From Paraspadella gotoi (Eukaryota > Animalia > Chaetognatha), in assembly GCA_051294375.1 (NCBI GenBank), contig CM119269.1:14643918-14707917 (forward strand): a DNA stretch of 64,000 bases, written 5' to 3'. Positions 47,849 through 64,000 of the stretch are shown here, piece by piece (position 1 is the stretch's first letter; each line of letters begins with the position of its first letter). The position numbers and the translations under genes were made by a program. Under the pieces are notes generated by a model, which worked only from the letters and a program-made list of their open reading frames with translations, had not been told where the DNA came from and made no database searches.

Positions 47849-48313
47849 CGCTGACGTTGTCATCGTCGCTATCGATCATCATCTTTGCTCCACATATTTT
47901 TTCGTTCTCCTTTCTTTTGTCTGATTTGTCTTACGGCGTCTTGAGTCGCCGCCTCCGCCGACGACGCCTCCGCCGACGACGCCTCAGCCGCCGCCTCAGC
48001 CGCCGCCGCCGGCGATCGATGACTCTCGATCTCCCGTGAAGATCAGCATCTCGAAACCTCGCCTTCTCTTACCTCATCTCATCACAATTCATCTCATCAC
48101 AACTCACCTTAGCACAACTAACCTTATCACAACTCATCTCCTATCATCTCATCCACATCCGCTTCATTCTCTCACTGTTCACTTGACTTACCTTCGCCTT
48201 TTATTCTGATGTTTTCATGTCAACTCCTCAAATTCTCACCAACTGTTCCGACTCACACACCCGCCTGACGCTTCTCATCTCTTTCCCTTTCTTTCTCTCT
48301 CTCTCTCTCTCTC

Positions 48314-48365
<52 letters not shown>

Positions 48366-48703
48366 ACCATCTCCTCTCGTCCATTCATCACTCACCTTCT
48401 CTTCCTCAAAACTCACCTGAAAATAAAAGTCGTGGAAAAAATCTTGGGATTTTTTTTTTGCCGCATCGATCGTAAAAGAAAAAAAATCGATTTAAAAAAA
48501 AACGGGAAAAGAAATAGCAAGAAAGAAAATAAAGAAAGAGTTTACTTCCCTTGGGGATGTGAAAAGAAAAGAAAGAAAAGAAAGAAAAGAAAGAAAAGAA
48601 AGAAAAGAAAGAAAAGAAAGAAAAGAAAGAAAAGAAAGAAAGAAAAAAAGAAAGAAAAAGTAAGTTTTCACTCACCTTTTCCTTTCCCTCGAAAACTCGT
48701 AAG

Positions 48704-64000
<15,297 letters not shown>

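Overview
Intron-containing, AT-rich, microsatellite-rich invertebrate animal DNA; I cannot identify the species from the sequence. The first 16.4 kb is gene-dense. It holds the 3' part of an SLC6 amino-acid-type transporter (+), NDUFV1 (-), cytochrome c (-), XBP1 (+) and CEP89 (-). XBP1 has a perfect ERSE, a 23-nt IRE1 intron and an XBP1u arrest peptide; CEP89 has an RFX X-box. From 22 to 43 kb I can splice together, with consistent intron phases, several + strand genes with no family I recognise. One is a 5-exon, ~197-aa gene that needs two GC-AG introns and is largely missed by the ORF track; its C-terminus matches the last exon of a neighbouring His-rich gene. From 48.7 kb there is a Runx gene with an ~800-aa N-terminal extension and an apparent 5-nt insertion in the Runt domain; its 3' end is not found. 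Non-coding highlights are a ~280-nt multibranched H/ACA-like RNA filling NDUFV1 intron 3, a structured intergenic island between two poly(A) signals, Penelope-type hammerhead foldback elements, a SINE-like family with two different heads, and repeated AAACCGCAAA Runx sites. Beyond ~52.5 kb the sequence has N gaps and looks low quality. All gene models and folds were built by eye and need RNA-seq and covariance-model checks.
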